Shown here: piece after piece, positions 27,779 to 36,802 of the stretch
How positions within the stretch are numbered: position 1 is the stretch's first letter
Layout of the letters: every line of letters starts with the position of its first letter
The notes under the pieces: model-generated
Database searches by the model: none
What the model was told of the DNA's origin: nothing
Seen by the model: the letters and a program-made list of their open reading frames with translations, nothing else
DNA from: Synergistales bacterium
GTDB lineage: Bacteria > Synergistota > Synergistia > Synergistales > Aminobacteriaceae
Assembly (NCBI GenBank): GCA_036788195.1
Contig: DAIQNX010000007.1
Location: 12,209 to 76,208 of the forward strand
DNA length: 64,000 bases
Reading direction: 5' to 3'
Position numbers and translations under genes: made by a program

Positions 27779-29833
27779 ATGGCGCGCGAACCGCAGTGTC
27801 GCATCGGACTGTTCCGCTTCAGTCGATTCGGGAACGCCGCGATCGGATCGGGAATTGTTCTTGCGCTCTCGCTCGTCGCGCTTCATATCGCCGGGGAAAC
27901 GTATCGCGAACGCCTGCTCGCGGAAGAACGAACCCGCGTCTCAGCGGAACTCACGCCGTACGGAATCGCCCTCGGCGTCCTCCTCGACCGCCAATTCGCC
28001 GCCATCGACGGGCTCGACTCGCTCATACGCTCGCATGCGGGAGGAGACATCGAAAATCTCCGGGATCACTTCCTCCGGTACGCCGAGAACTTCTACCCTC
28101 GCAGGAAGGGTCTTCGCGCACTTCAGATCTTTCCGCGTTCGGGAAGGGTTTTCGTCTATCCCGAGGCCGGGAACGAGGCGTCGCTGAAACGGACGCTCGA
28201 TGACCTCGTCAACGATGAACGCCCCGCCGTCCGCGAGGACGTCCGGCGCGCGATCGAAACGAAAAGTTCGACGGTGAGTGGTCCGTACGAACTGCGTCAG
28301 GGTGGACTCGGGCTCGTCACGCGACGCGCCGTCTTCACGGGCGATACGCTCTGGGGAATCACCGTCATCGTCACGGACATCCCGTCCCTGCTTCGCGAGG
28401 CGGGTCTCGAACCCTCTCCCGACGGCATCGAGACCGCCATACGGAACGATCGCGGATTCGTCTTCCACGGACGAACGGAGGTCTTCGATTCCCTTCCCGC
28501 ATCCTGCGACATTCCTCTCGCCTCGGGACACTGGCGGCTCGCCGCGATACCGGCCGAAGGCTGGGAACGTTCCGTCTCGGGCTCGATGCGTCTTTTCAGG
28601 ATCATGGGGACGATGCTTGCGCTTCTCCTCTCGTTCCTCGCGTTTCTGTCGGTCTACCGGGGAGAGACGCTCAGAGAGCTCGTCAAGGCGCAGAACATCG
28701 AGCTCGACGACTCTCGACACCGCTACCGCCAGCTCTTCGACGCGAATCCGGACGCGCTGTTCGTCGTGACGCCCACGGGGGAGATCCTCGACGCGAACCG
28801 GTCCGCATGCAACTCCTACGGATATTCGCCCGAGGAATTCCGCTCCCTCGGGATCGAAACGCTCTCCCCCGACGACCGCAACAGGGAGATCCGGAAACGA
28901 CTCGTCGTCGCGTCCCTCTCCGGAACGCCGTTCGAGTGGCGTCACCGGCGCAGGGACGGGAGCGAATTCTCCGTCGAGATCCATTCCGCGGCGATCACGC
29001 TCCAGAAGAGATCGTGCCTGCTCGAAACGGTCCGTGACATCACCGAACGCAAGGAGGAGACGATGCGACGGGAGATGGAACTCGAACGCCGCGTCCTGGA
29101 GCGCACCGCGAAACTCGAAGCCGCCAACGCGGAACTCGAGAGCTTCTCGTACTCTGTCTCGCACGATCTCCGGGCTCCCCTCCGGGCGATCAACGGATAC
29201 ACGGGAATCCTCCTCGAGGATCACGCGCCGCATCTCGACGACGAGGGGCGGCGCGTCTGTTCCATCATCCTCGAGAATACGACCCGGATGAGCGCCCTGA
29301 TCGACGGCCTTCTGACCCTGTCGCGCTTCGGGCGGATGGCGATGTCCCTTGTCCCCATCGATACGGAGGCCATGGTGCGTTCGGTCATCGGAGACATCGC
29401 GGCCGGGGGCGGGGAAGGACGCATCGACTTCCGCGTCGGTCCGCTCCCCGACGCAATCGGGGACGCCACGCTGCTGCGGCAGGTCTGGACCAATCTGATC
29501 TCGAACGCGGTCAAATTCTCGTCGAAACGGGATCACCCGCGCATCGAGATCGAAGGGAACGACGACGGCGCGGAGTTGACATTCACGGTCCGGGACAACG
29601 GCGCCGGGTTCGACATGCAGTATGCGGACCGGCTGTTCGGCGTCTTCAGACGGCTTCACAGCCCAGAGGATTTCGACGGCACGGGGGTCGGCCTCGCGAT
29701 CGTCCGGCGCATCGTCGAACGCCATGGAGGCGGCATCCGCGCGGAAGGCCGGGTGGACGCGGGAGCGTCGTTCGTCTTCACGCTCCCGCATCTCCGGGAA
29801 GAGATGGGAAACCAAGACGGGGGGAAAGGTTGA
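27779..29833 (+). CDS. Sensor histidine kinase (CHASE/Cache-like extracytoplasmic domain, PAS, HisKA, HATPase)
   Basis: ATG at 27779 lies 9 nt after GAGGTG. Two TM segments flank a domain of about 250 aa. PAS region, H-box YSVSHDLRAPLRA and G boxes DNGAGFD, GTGVGL are present. The catalytic core is paralogous to the kinase at 22012-24150. Confidence 0.9.
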   Translation: MAREPQCRIGLFRFSRFGNAAIGSGIVLALSLVALHIAGETYRERLLAEERTRVSAELTPYGIALGVLLDRQFAAIDGLDSLIRSHAGGDIENLRDHFLRYAENFYPRRKGLRALQIFPRSGRVFVYPEAGNEASLKRTLDDLVNDERPAVREDVRRAIETKSSTVSGPYELRQGGLGLVTRRAVFTGDTLWGITVIVTDIPSLLREAGLEPSPDGIETAIRNDRGFVFHGRTEVFDSLPASCDIPLASGHWRLAAIPAEGWERSVSGSMRLFRIMGTMLALLLSFLAFLSVYRGETLRELVKAQNIELDDSRHRYRQLFDANPDALFVVTPTGEILDANRSACNSYGYSPEEFRSLGIETLSPDDRNREIRKRLVVASLSGTPFEWRHRRRDGSEFSVEIHSAAITLQKRSCLLETVRDITERKEETMRREMELERRVLERTAKLEAANAELESFSYSVSHDLRAPLRAINGYTGILLEDHAPHLDDEGRRVCSIILENTTRMSALIDGLLTLSRFGRMAMSLVPIDTEAMVRSVIGDIAAGGGEGRIDFRVGPLPDAIGDATLLRQVWTNLISNAVKFSSKRDHPRIEIEGNDDGAELTFTVRDNGAGFDMQYADRLFGVFRRLHSPEDFDGTGVGLAIVRRIVERHGGGIRAEGRVDAGASFVFTLPHLREEMGNQDGGKG

Positions 29834-29836
29834 TCC

Positions 29837-30892
29837 GTGGACACTCCACTGCGAATCCTGATGGTCGAAGACATGCCCGCCGACGCGGAGCTCGCGCGGC
29901 GCGAAATCTCGCGGGACATTCCCGAATGCGCGTTCCGGAGGGTCGAGACGAAGGAAGACCTCCTGCGGGAACTCGAGGAGTTCCGTCCGGACGTCGTCGT
30001 CTCGGACTATTCGATGCCGCGCTTCGACGGGATGACCGCGCTGCGCCTGAGCATCGGGCGCGATCCGACCATTCCGGTGATCATCCTGACGGGATCGATG
30101 AACGAGGACACCGCGGTCGCGTGCATGAAGGCAGGAGCGACCGATTACGTCATCAAGGAACACACCAAGCGTCTGGGCCCGGCAATCCTCGGCGCGATCG
30201 AGAAGCGGAGGCTCTGGGTGGATGCGGCCCGCAGGGAGCGCGAGCGCGAAGATCTGTTCGCACGCCTTCGCGCGTCGCTCGACGGAACCGTCCACATCAT
30301 CTCGACGATCGTCGAAAAGCGGGACCCCTACACGGCCGGACATCAGCGGCGAGTCGCGCTCCTTGCGGCGAGGATCGCCGGGGAAATGGGACTCCCGGAC
30401 GACCGCGTCGAAGGGGTCCGGATCGCCGGAGTCCTGCACGACATCGGAAAGGTCGCGATTCCGTCGGAAATTCTGAGCAAGCCGTCGAGCCTGACGCGCA
30501 ACGAGTTCACGCTCATCCGGCAGCACCCGTTCGAAGGGTACGAAATCCTGAAGGACACCGACTTCCCGTGGCCGCTCGCGCGAATGGTCCTCGAACATCA
30601 CGAACGCATCAACGGTTCGGGATATCCGGACGGCAGACGGGGGGAGGATCTTCTGCCCGAGTCGAAGATCCTGATGGTCGCCGACGTCGTCGAGGCCATG
30701 GCGAGTCACCGCCCGTACCGGCCGGCGCTCGGCGTCGACGCGGCGCTCGATTTCGTCGCGGGAAGCAGCGGAACGCTCTTCGACCCACAGGTCGTCGACG
30801 TGTGCATCTCGCTTTTCCGCGAACGGGGCTTCATGTGGGACGGCGCTCCGTCCGCTTTCGGCGCTGTCCGGATAAACGAAAATACCCCCTGA
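29837..30892 (+). CDS. Response regulator with HD-GYP output domain
   Basis: GTG start 3 nt after the kinase stop. REC domain (ILMVEDMP, VVVSDYSMPRFDG, ILTGS, DYVIK) plus HD-GYP (RDPYTAGHQRRVA, HDIGKVAIP, HHERINGSGYP). Confidence 0.92.
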   Translation: MDTPLRILMVEDMPADAELARREISRDIPECAFRRVETKEDLLRELEEFRPDVVVSDYSMPRFDGMTALRLSIGRDPTIPVIILTGSMNEDTAVACMKAGATDYVIKEHTKRLGPAILGAIEKRRLWVDAARREREREDLFARLRASLDGTVHIISTIVEKRDPYTAGHQRRVALLAARIAGEMGLPDDRVEGVRIAGVLHDIGKVAIPSEILSKPSSLTRNEFTLIRQHPFEGYEILKDTDFPWPLARMVLEHHERINGSGYPDGRRGEDLLPESKILMVADVVEAMASHRPYRPALGVDAALDFVAGSSGTLFDPQVVDVCISLFRERGFMWDGAPSAFGAVRINENTP

Positions 30893-30916
30893 GGACCGGA
30901 CGGAGGATGGCTTTCG

Positions 30917-31888
30917 TCAGCCCCGGATGTCCGCCACCGAGGGATACCCGAACCCGCCGCGGGCGGAACGGACCGCGTCTGCGACCGCCTCCTCGACCGC
31001 GCGCGACGCGAGCGCGCCGAGCGCGTTCAGGTCGGCATCGAGATCGCCGACCGACAGGGCGAATATCGTGTCTCCGTCGACCATCGTATGCGACGGCCTC
31101 ATGGATCGTGCGTATCCGTCGTGCGACATCGACGCGAGCTTTCCGGCCTGCGCCTTCGTCATATGCGCGTTCGTCGCGACGACGCCGATCGTCGTATTTC
31201 CGGAAAAGACGTCCCGCTTCTCCCCGAGCGCCGCGATGACCGCGTCCTCTGTTCCGAGGAAGCGTCTCTCGTCGCGATCCCACGCTCCCGCGAGAATCCG
31301 TCCCGTCCCCGGTTCGATGACATCGCCGAGACAGTTCACGGCGATCAGGGCGCCGACGACGACCGCCCCGGCCCGCCATGCGCACGCTCCAACGCCGCCG
31401 CGCATCGCGAACTCCGCTCCGTGGAACTTGCCGACGGTCGCGCCCATGCCGGCCCCGACGGAACCGCACGAGGGAACGTACGCAGGATCGATCGCGTTTT
31501 CCGCGGCCCTGAGTCCCATTTCGCGCCCCGGTCTTCGGGACCAGTCGCCGCAAAACAGGTCGAAAAGAACGGCCGAACAGACGATCGGCACCTTCGTGAC
31601 GCCGACATCGAAACCGACACCGCGCCGTTCGAGAAACTCCATCACCCCCGAGGCGGCGTCGAGGCCGAACGCGCTTCCGCCCGACAGCACGATCGCGTGA
31701 ATTCGCTCGACCAGGTTCCGCGGGTCGAGAAGATCCGTTTCGCGCGTCCCTGGCGCGCCGCCCCGGACATCGACCCCCGCTACGGCACCGCCCTCGCAGA
31801 GCACGACCGTACATCCGGTCCCTGCCGTCTCGTCATGCGCGTGTCCAACGCTCAATCCCGGAATATCGAAAAACGACATCGATTCCAT
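30917..31888 (-). CDS. P1/S58 (DmpA-type) aminopeptidase family protein
   Basis: 323 aa with GGAGGGAG 8 nt upstream of the ATG. GLSVGHAHDETAGTGCTVVL, SGGSAFGLDAASGVM and GNTTIGVVATNA (self-processing/nucleophile region) resemble DmpA/ornithine-acetyltransferase-fold peptidases. Confidence 0.8.
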   Translation of the reverse strand: MESMSFFDIPGLSVGHAHDETAGTGCTVVLCEGGAVAGVDVRGGAPGTRETDLLDPRNLVERIHAIVLSGGSAFGLDAASGVMEFLERRGVGFDVGVTKVPIVCSAVLFDLFCGDWSRRPGREMGLRAAENAIDPAYVPSCGSVGAGMGATVGKFHGAEFAMRGGVGACAWRAGAVVVGALIAVNCLGDVIEPGTGRILAGAWDRDERRFLGTEDAVIAALGEKRDVFSGNTTIGVVATNAHMTKAQAGKLASMSHDGYARSMRPSHTMVDGDTIFALSVGDLDADLNALGALASRAVEEAVADAVRSARGGFGYPSVADIRG

Positions 31889-32189
31889 CAGAACCGCTCC
31901 CTCCGTCCTTCCACGACATCGTCAGCGCGCGGTCGATGGCGATCAGAACGCCCGTGACGCCCTCGGCGTGCACTGGTCTCGGAATGACCGTGCGCGTTAC
32001 GGATCGCTCACGATGCTCCCCTTCCCGTCTCTTCGGACGGAACCGGCCCGGTCCGATGAAGGGCGAATTCGCGAATAATGCAGTGAAGTACGCAATATGC
32101 ACGCAGTATAGATATCGGATCCGGCGCTGTCAAACGAACGGAATGTTTTCCGTATACATTTCAGCAGGTTCCGCCAATTAGTGAACTCA

Positions 32190-32218
32190 TTGACGAATGG
32201 TATGGACAGTGATATCGT
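32190..32218 (+). promoter_or_regulatory. Candidate promoter of the alcohol dehydrogenase gene
   Basis: TTGACG (32190-32195), 17-nt spacer, TATCGT (32213-32218), about 45 nt upstream of the start codon. Confidence 0.3.
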
Positions 32219-32264
32219 CTTCCCCGAAGATACGTGAAATACTTCTCATTGTTTGAGGGAGGGA

Positions 32265-33482
32265 ATGAACGTGTGGGACAGTACGATAGACATCGGTTCC
32301 GTTCGCGAGATCAGGACGAAAACGACGGCGTATCTTGGCGTCGGCGCCATCGCGAAGATCGCCGACATCGCGACGGAGCTTCGCAACAGGGGAATCGACA
32401 GGGTGCTCGTCATGTGCGGCAGGGGATCCTACCGCTCGACGGGGGCGTGGGATCACGTGCAAAAGGCACTCGCTGCAAGCCGTATCGCGTTCGCGCTCTA
32501 CGATAGAGTCACGCCGAACCCCACCGTCGACAGCGTGGACGAGGCCGTGGCACTCGGTCGTTCGTTCGGCGCACGGGCCGTCGTCGCGATCGGCGGCGGA
32601 AGCCCGATCGACGCGGGCAAGAGCGCGGCCATTCTTCTGGAATACGGGGACAAAAGCGCGCGCGACCTCTACGAGCTGAAATTCGTCCCTGAACGGGCCG
32701 TGCCGGTCGTCGCCGTGAACCTCACGCACGGGACCGGCACCGAAGTCGACCGCTTCGCCGTCGTGAGCATCCCGGAGAAGGAGTTCAAGCCCGCGATCGC
32801 CTACGACTGCATCTACCCGCTCTACGCGATCGACGACCCGGCGCTGATGACGGGCCTGTCGTCCGATCAGACGCGCTTCGTCTCGATCGATGCGGTGAAC
32901 CATGTCCTCGAGGCATGCACGACGAAGGCTGCGTCCCCTTACACGATCCTGCTCGCGCAGGAGACCGTCCGTCTCGTAGCCCATTATCTGCCGATCGCGA
33001 TCGAAAATCCGAAAGATCTCCGCGCCCGGTACTTCCTGCTGTACGCGTCGATGATCGCGGGAATCTGCTTCGACAACGGTCTTCTGCACTTCACGCACGC
33101 GCTCGAGCATCCGCTGTCCGCGATGAAGCCGGAACTCGCGCACGGTCTCGGGCTTGCGATGATCGTGCCGGCCGTCGTTCGCGAGATTTATCCGGCGGTG
33201 CCGGCCGTTCTCGCTTCCGTCCTCGAACCGATCACCGGACCGCTCAAGGGGCTTCCCGAAGAGGCCGAGACAGTCGCAAAGGCTCTCGAATCGTGGCTCT
33301 TTTCGCTCGGTGTCACGAAGAAACTCAGGGACGAAGGGTTTGCCGAAGACGCAATCGCCCGTCTCGTACACCTCGCGCGGCACACGCCGTCGCTCGACGG
33401 GCTGCTTTCGATGGCTCCCGTCGCGTCCGGCGATGACGTCATCGAACGGATCTACCGGACCTCGCTCGCTCCCCTGGCGTAA
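32265..33482 (+). CDS. Iron-containing (group III) alcohol dehydrogenase
   Basis: About 405 aa. GGGSPIDAGK (NAD-binding), the histidine-rich metal region FTHALEHPLSA and overall Fe-ADH collinearity are present. Start is ATG 32265 or GTG 32271 after GAGGGAGGG; the track ORF begins with TTG at 32253. Confidence 0.9.
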   Translation: MNVWDSTIDIGSVREIRTKTTAYLGVGAIAKIADIATELRNRGIDRVLVMCGRGSYRSTGAWDHVQKALAASRIAFALYDRVTPNPTVDSVDEAVALGRSFGARAVVAIGGGSPIDAGKSAAILLEYGDKSARDLYELKFVPERAVPVVAVNLTHGTGTEVDRFAVVSIPEKEFKPAIAYDCIYPLYAIDDPALMTGLSSDQTRFVSIDAVNHVLEACTTKAASPYTILLAQETVRLVAHYLPIAIENPKDLRARYFLLYASMIAGICFDNGLLHFTHALEHPLSAMKPELAHGLGLAMIVPAVVREIYPAVPAVLASVLEPITGPLKGLPEEAETVAKALESWLFSLGVTKKLRDEGFAEDAIARLVHLARHTPSLDGLLSMAPVASGDDVIERIYRTSLAPLA

Positions 33483-33519
33483 CGCCCGGGGACTTCCTCT
33501 TTCGCAGCTCCACCCCCGA

Positions 33520-33554
33520 AACGAACGGCCGGGATTTCTTCCCGGCCGTTCGTT
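33520..33554. terminator. Bidirectional hairpin terminator between convergent genes
   Basis: AACGAACGGCCGGGA (33520-33534) pairs perfectly with TCCCGGCCGTTCGTT (33540-33554) as a 15-bp stem with a 5-nt loop TTTCT. It lies between the ADH stop (33482) and the thioesterase stop (33585). Confidence 0.7.
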
Positions 33555-33584
33555 GTCCGTTCCGTTATCTCCGCCGTCGCGACC

Positions 33585-34349
33585 TCAGGAATCCGCCGCA
33601 CCGGACGGCCGCGGGCTCCATTCCGTGAACAGGCGCGCGCGTTCGGCTCCATCGGCGCCGAGGACCGAATGAAGGTAGCTTCGGACACCCGAGGGAGATT
33701 CCATCGTTTGCGTCCGCACGCTCACGAGCCCCCGTCCTTCGGTCGGACGCAGGAACTCCGCCTCGACGTGCGAGATTGCCCGCCCGCGCAGAACGCCGTC
33801 GGGAACGGCCTCCGCCGCCCAGGCGAAGTACACCGCGTTGTTGACGTGTCCGTTCAGGTCGAGATCCCATTCCCGGATCCGGAACGGCACTTCGAAATCC
33901 TCCCCGTCGAACGGAGGCAGATCCGGCAAATCGCCGGCGACCGGACGCGCCTCGCTGACGTAAAGGGGCGTCGAGCATCGGTCGAGCCGTATGGGGCGTC
34001 CGCGTCCGACGTCGATCAGAATCCAGCACGTCAGTGCCGTCGCGAAAGTTCCGTCGTCGTCGCGCATTTCGAACGCGCGCATCGAGTAGAGGTTTCTGTG
34101 CGGCTCGTGCCACGTCGTCACGTGGAGTTCCCGTCCGTGAACGGGGTAGCGGTCCACGCGGATGCTGTAGCGGCGCAGAACCCAGCTCACGCCGCGCGGC
34201 AGAAGGTTCGCGACGGACATGTCCATCCGACGCGCGTCGCGGTCCGCCATGTCCTGAAAGATGTCGAGAAGTACGGGGAATTTCATCCGTCCGTCCGGAC
34301 CGATTCCCGCATACGGAATCTGTAAGGTCGCCTCGAGCACACGCATCAT
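33585..34349 (-). CDS. Acyl-ACP thioesterase family protein
   Basis: The real gene is the C-terminal 254 aa of track ORF 33585..34577 (start MMRVLEATLQIPY). It has a double hot-dog layout with DLDLNGHVNNAVYFAWAAE, typical of acyl-ACP thioesterases. The upstream extension crosses AT-rich promoter sequence. Confidence 0.8.
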   Translation of the reverse strand: MMRVLEATLQIPYAGIGPDGRMKFPVLLDIFQDMADRDARRMDMSVANLLPRGVSWVLRRYSIRVDRYPVHGRELHVTTWHEPHRNLYSMRAFEMRDDDGTFATALTCWILIDVGRGRPIRLDRCSTPLYVSEARPVAGDLPDLPPFDGEDFEVPFRIREWDLDLNGHVNNAVYFAWAAEAVPDGVLRGRAISHVEAEFLRPTEGRGLVSVRTQTMESPSGVRSYLHSVLGADGAERARLFTEWSPRPSGAADS

Positions 34350-34389
34350 CCCGTTTCGTCGAATAGTGATCTTTCGTATTATGCGCCTT

Positions 34390-34419
34390 TTCGCACGTTC
34401 GCGGCGGGCGTCGTATAAT
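34390..34419 (+). promoter_or_regulatory. Candidate sigma70-like promoter of the LysM/M23 gene
   Basis: TTCGCA (34390-34395), 18-nt spacer, perfect TATAAT (34414-34419), about 60 nt upstream of the ATG at 34480. Confidence 0.45.
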
Positions 34420-34479
34420 ATTGAAATTGGATGGCATTTCATTCGCGCCCGAACCCGGGCGCCGGAGGTCGAACGACGC

Positions 34480-35613
34480 ATGAGGCGTACTGTCCGCGCG
34501 CTATTGATGCCGCTTCTCCTGTTGGCGGCCTGGGCCGGCTCCCTCTCCGCGGCGGAGCATCCGTTCGCGGTCCACACGGTGAAGGCCGGAGATACCGTTC
34601 AGGGCGTCGCAGCCCGCTATCGCATCGATCCCATGAACCTGACCGCCGCCAACGGGCTCTCCGCAGCGGACGCGCTGCCGCCGGCGGGGACGGTCCTTCT
34701 GATTCCGAAGTCGCCGAAGGACGTCCTCGCGACGCTCTACGAGGCCAAGCGCCGGGGACTCGGAGCATGGCCGAAACCGCGGTTCGCAGACGAATTTCTC
34801 GCGCCGCTCGTCCCGCAGGAGGACGTTCCCGAAAGTCGGGACTACCGCGCAAAGGTTCCCGATCGCGTCAGCGTCGCGACGCCGAAGGGCGGACACGAAC
34901 AGCTGCGCCCCGACGAAGCGGCCGCAACCGCGCCGACACCGGCGCCGAAGGGCGAAGAACCCGCAGCCCCGCCCGCTCCCGAAGCGGCCTCCGGACGGAA
35001 GCCGGACGCAACGGAACATCTGGTCCGCGAGGGAGACACTCTCTACCGCATCGCGAGATCCTACGGGGTTTCGTTCTCGGAACTCCTGCGCGTCAACTCC
35101 TTCACGGAGTCGACCGTCATCCGGATCGGGCAGACGATCCGGCTTCCCGGCGCGGCGGACACGCCGACGCAGGAAAAGGCCCCTCCGAAGTCCGCGAAGC
35201 CGCGCGCCCGGGAGGCGAAGCCGACGCAACCACCGCAGCCCGCGAAGCAGAGCGGCCTCGAACTCCAGTGGCCGCTCCGGAGCGGTTCGGCTCCCAAACA
35301 GGTGGGCACGAACTTCGGATCGGGGCTGAGCGCGAGCGCGAAGCCCGGCGAGACCGTCTATGCAGCCGCCGACGCGACCGTGCTCCACGGCGGATGGATG
35401 AAGGACTTCGGCAACGCGGTCTACCTCAACCACGGCAACGGCATCGCCACGTTCTACGGAGGGCTCGGAACTCTCTACGTCACATCGGGACAGACCGTGA
35501 AGCGCGGGACGAAGATCGCGACAATCGGCGACGGCCCGGCCCCGAAGCTGGTCTTCCATCTCCTGCGCGACGGCAAGTCCGTCGATCCGAGGCCCTATCT
35601 GGCGAAGCAGTGA
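34480..35613 (+). CDS. Secreted LysM-domain / M23-family peptidoglycan endopeptidase
   Basis: ATG at 34480 after GGAGG, then a signal peptide. Two LysM-like repeats (HTVKAGDTVQGVAARYRI; HLVREGDTLYRIARSYGVSFSELLRVN) are separated by a Pro/Ala-rich linker. The C-terminal M23 region includes NAVYLNHGNGIATFYG. Confidence 0.88.
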   Translation: MRRTVRALLMPLLLLAAWAGSLSAAEHPFAVHTVKAGDTVQGVAARYRIDPMNLTAANGLSAADALPPAGTVLLIPKSPKDVLATLYEAKRRGLGAWPKPRFADEFLAPLVPQEDVPESRDYRAKVPDRVSVATPKGGHEQLRPDEAAATAPTPAPKGEEPAAPPAPEAASGRKPDATEHLVREGDTLYRIARSYGVSFSELLRVNSFTESTVIRIGQTIRLPGAADTPTQEKAPPKSAKPRAREAKPTQPPQPAKQSGLELQWPLRSGSAPKQVGTNFGSGLSASAKPGETVYAAADATVLHGGWMKDFGNAVYLNHGNGIATFYGGLGTLYVTSGQTVKRGTKIATIGDGPAPKLVFHLLRDGKSVDPRPYLAKQ

Positions 35614-35614
35614 T

Positions 35615-35633
35615 CTCCCCCCGGCCCGGGGAG
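35615..35633. terminator. Short GC hairpin between convergent genes
   Basis: CTCCCC (35615-35620) pairs with GGGGAG (35628-35633) across a 7-nt loop, in the 34-nt gap between the stops at 35613 and 35648. Confidence 0.35.
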
Positions 35634-35647
35634 CGCGGACGACAGGA

Positions 35648-36754
35648 TCAGGTTCCGAGCGTCAGCCGTTCCCCGTAGCTGTCGAGGAAGTTGTACGCGA
35701 TATCTCTGAATTCCCGTTCGTTCGCGAGGAACGCGTCGACGACGTCGGGATCGAAGCTCTTTCCCCGCTCTCCGGTGATGATTTCCACCGCCTTCGCGTG
35801 GGAGTAGGGCGGTTTGTAGACGCGCCGGCTGATCAGCGCGTCGTAGACGTCCGCAAGAGCCATGAGACGTCCGGAAACGGGGATGTCCTCGCCGGCCAGT
35901 CCGCAGGGATACCCCTGTCCGTTCCATTTTTCGTGATGCGTCGCGGCGATTTCGGCGGCAATCCGCAGGAAGGTACTCCCTCCCATGCTTTCCTCGGCGT
36001 TCCGTAACGCGCTCCGGCCATAGGCGGTGTGGAGCTTCATCTCCTCGAATTCCTCGCCGCTCAGCTTTCCGGGTTTCTTGAGGATCTGGTCCGGGATCCC
36101 GACCTTGCCGATATCGTGCAGCGGCGCTGTCTTGAACAGGAGGTCGATGATACCGTCCTCCGAGAGGTAGACACGGAATTTCGGGTGGCTTCTGAGGTGT
36201 TCGGCAAGCACGCGGACATAGCGCTGCGTACGCAGGATATGGCCGCCGGTCTCGAGATCCCTCGTCTCGGCGAGCGCGGAGAGGCTGTTGATCATGACCT
36301 CCTGCAGGGCGACGATTTCTCTGGTTCGTTCCCGGACGAGCTCCTCGAGGTGATCGCGGTATCTCTTGAGGTTCAGGTGGTTTTTCACGCGGGCCTTCAC
36401 GAGCTCCAGAATGAACGGCTTCGTGATGTAATCCACGGCACCCATCGCCAGGCCGCGGGCCTCGTCGCTTTCCTCCGTCTTCGCGGTCAGGAAGATCACG
36501 GGGATATCCGCCGTTTCCGGAGCGGCAGACAGGCGTTCGTAGACCTCGTATCCGTCCATATCGGGCATGATGATGTCGAGCAGGATGAGATCGGGGCGGT
36601 CTTCGGCGGCGGTTTCCAGCGCCGTCTGTCCGTCCATCGCCACGCGGACGTCATAGAGATCCCCGAGCGCCGAGACGAGCTCGTCGACACTCGATTCGAC
36701 GTCATCGACGATGAGGACTTTCGCCGGGGAAGATTCAACCATGTTTTCCGTCAC
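35648..36754 (-). CDS. Response regulator with HD-GYP output domain (RpfG-like), distal copy
   Basis: 368 aa. REC domain (VLIVDD, LILLDIIMPDMDG, FLTA, DYITKP), then [42 protein letters not shown]. The track start is GTG at 36754; ATG at 36742 is an alternative. Confidence 0.92.
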   Translation of the reverse strand: MTENMVESSPAKVLIVDDVESSVDELVSALGDLYDVRVAMDGQTALETAAEDRPDLILLDIIMPDMDGYEVYERLSAAPETADIPVIFLTAKTEESDEARGLAMGAVDYITKPFILELVKARVKNHLNLKRYRDHLEELVRERTREIVALQEVMINSLSALAETRDLETGGHILRTQRYVRVLAEHLRSHPKFRVYLSEDGIIDLLFKTAPLHDIGKVGIPDQILKKPGKLSGEEFEEMKLHTAYGRSALRNAEESMGGSTFLRIAAEIAATHHEKWNGQGYPCGLAGEDIPVSGRLMALADVYDALISRRVYKPPYSHAKAVEIITGERGKSFDPDVVDAFLANEREFRDIAYNFLDSYGERLTLGT

Positions 36755-36802
36755 TTCCTTCCTGTTGCGAAACAGCGTACTCCATCCGACCGCAATTTTC
36801 CA

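Noticed and set aside
27941-30709. 922-aa minus-strand ORF covering the kinase / REC-HD-GYP genes
   Set aside because: It is antisense to two genes with clear domain signatures. Its translation is Arg/Asp/Gly/Pro-rich with no recognisable motifs, typical of shadow frames in GC-rich DNA.
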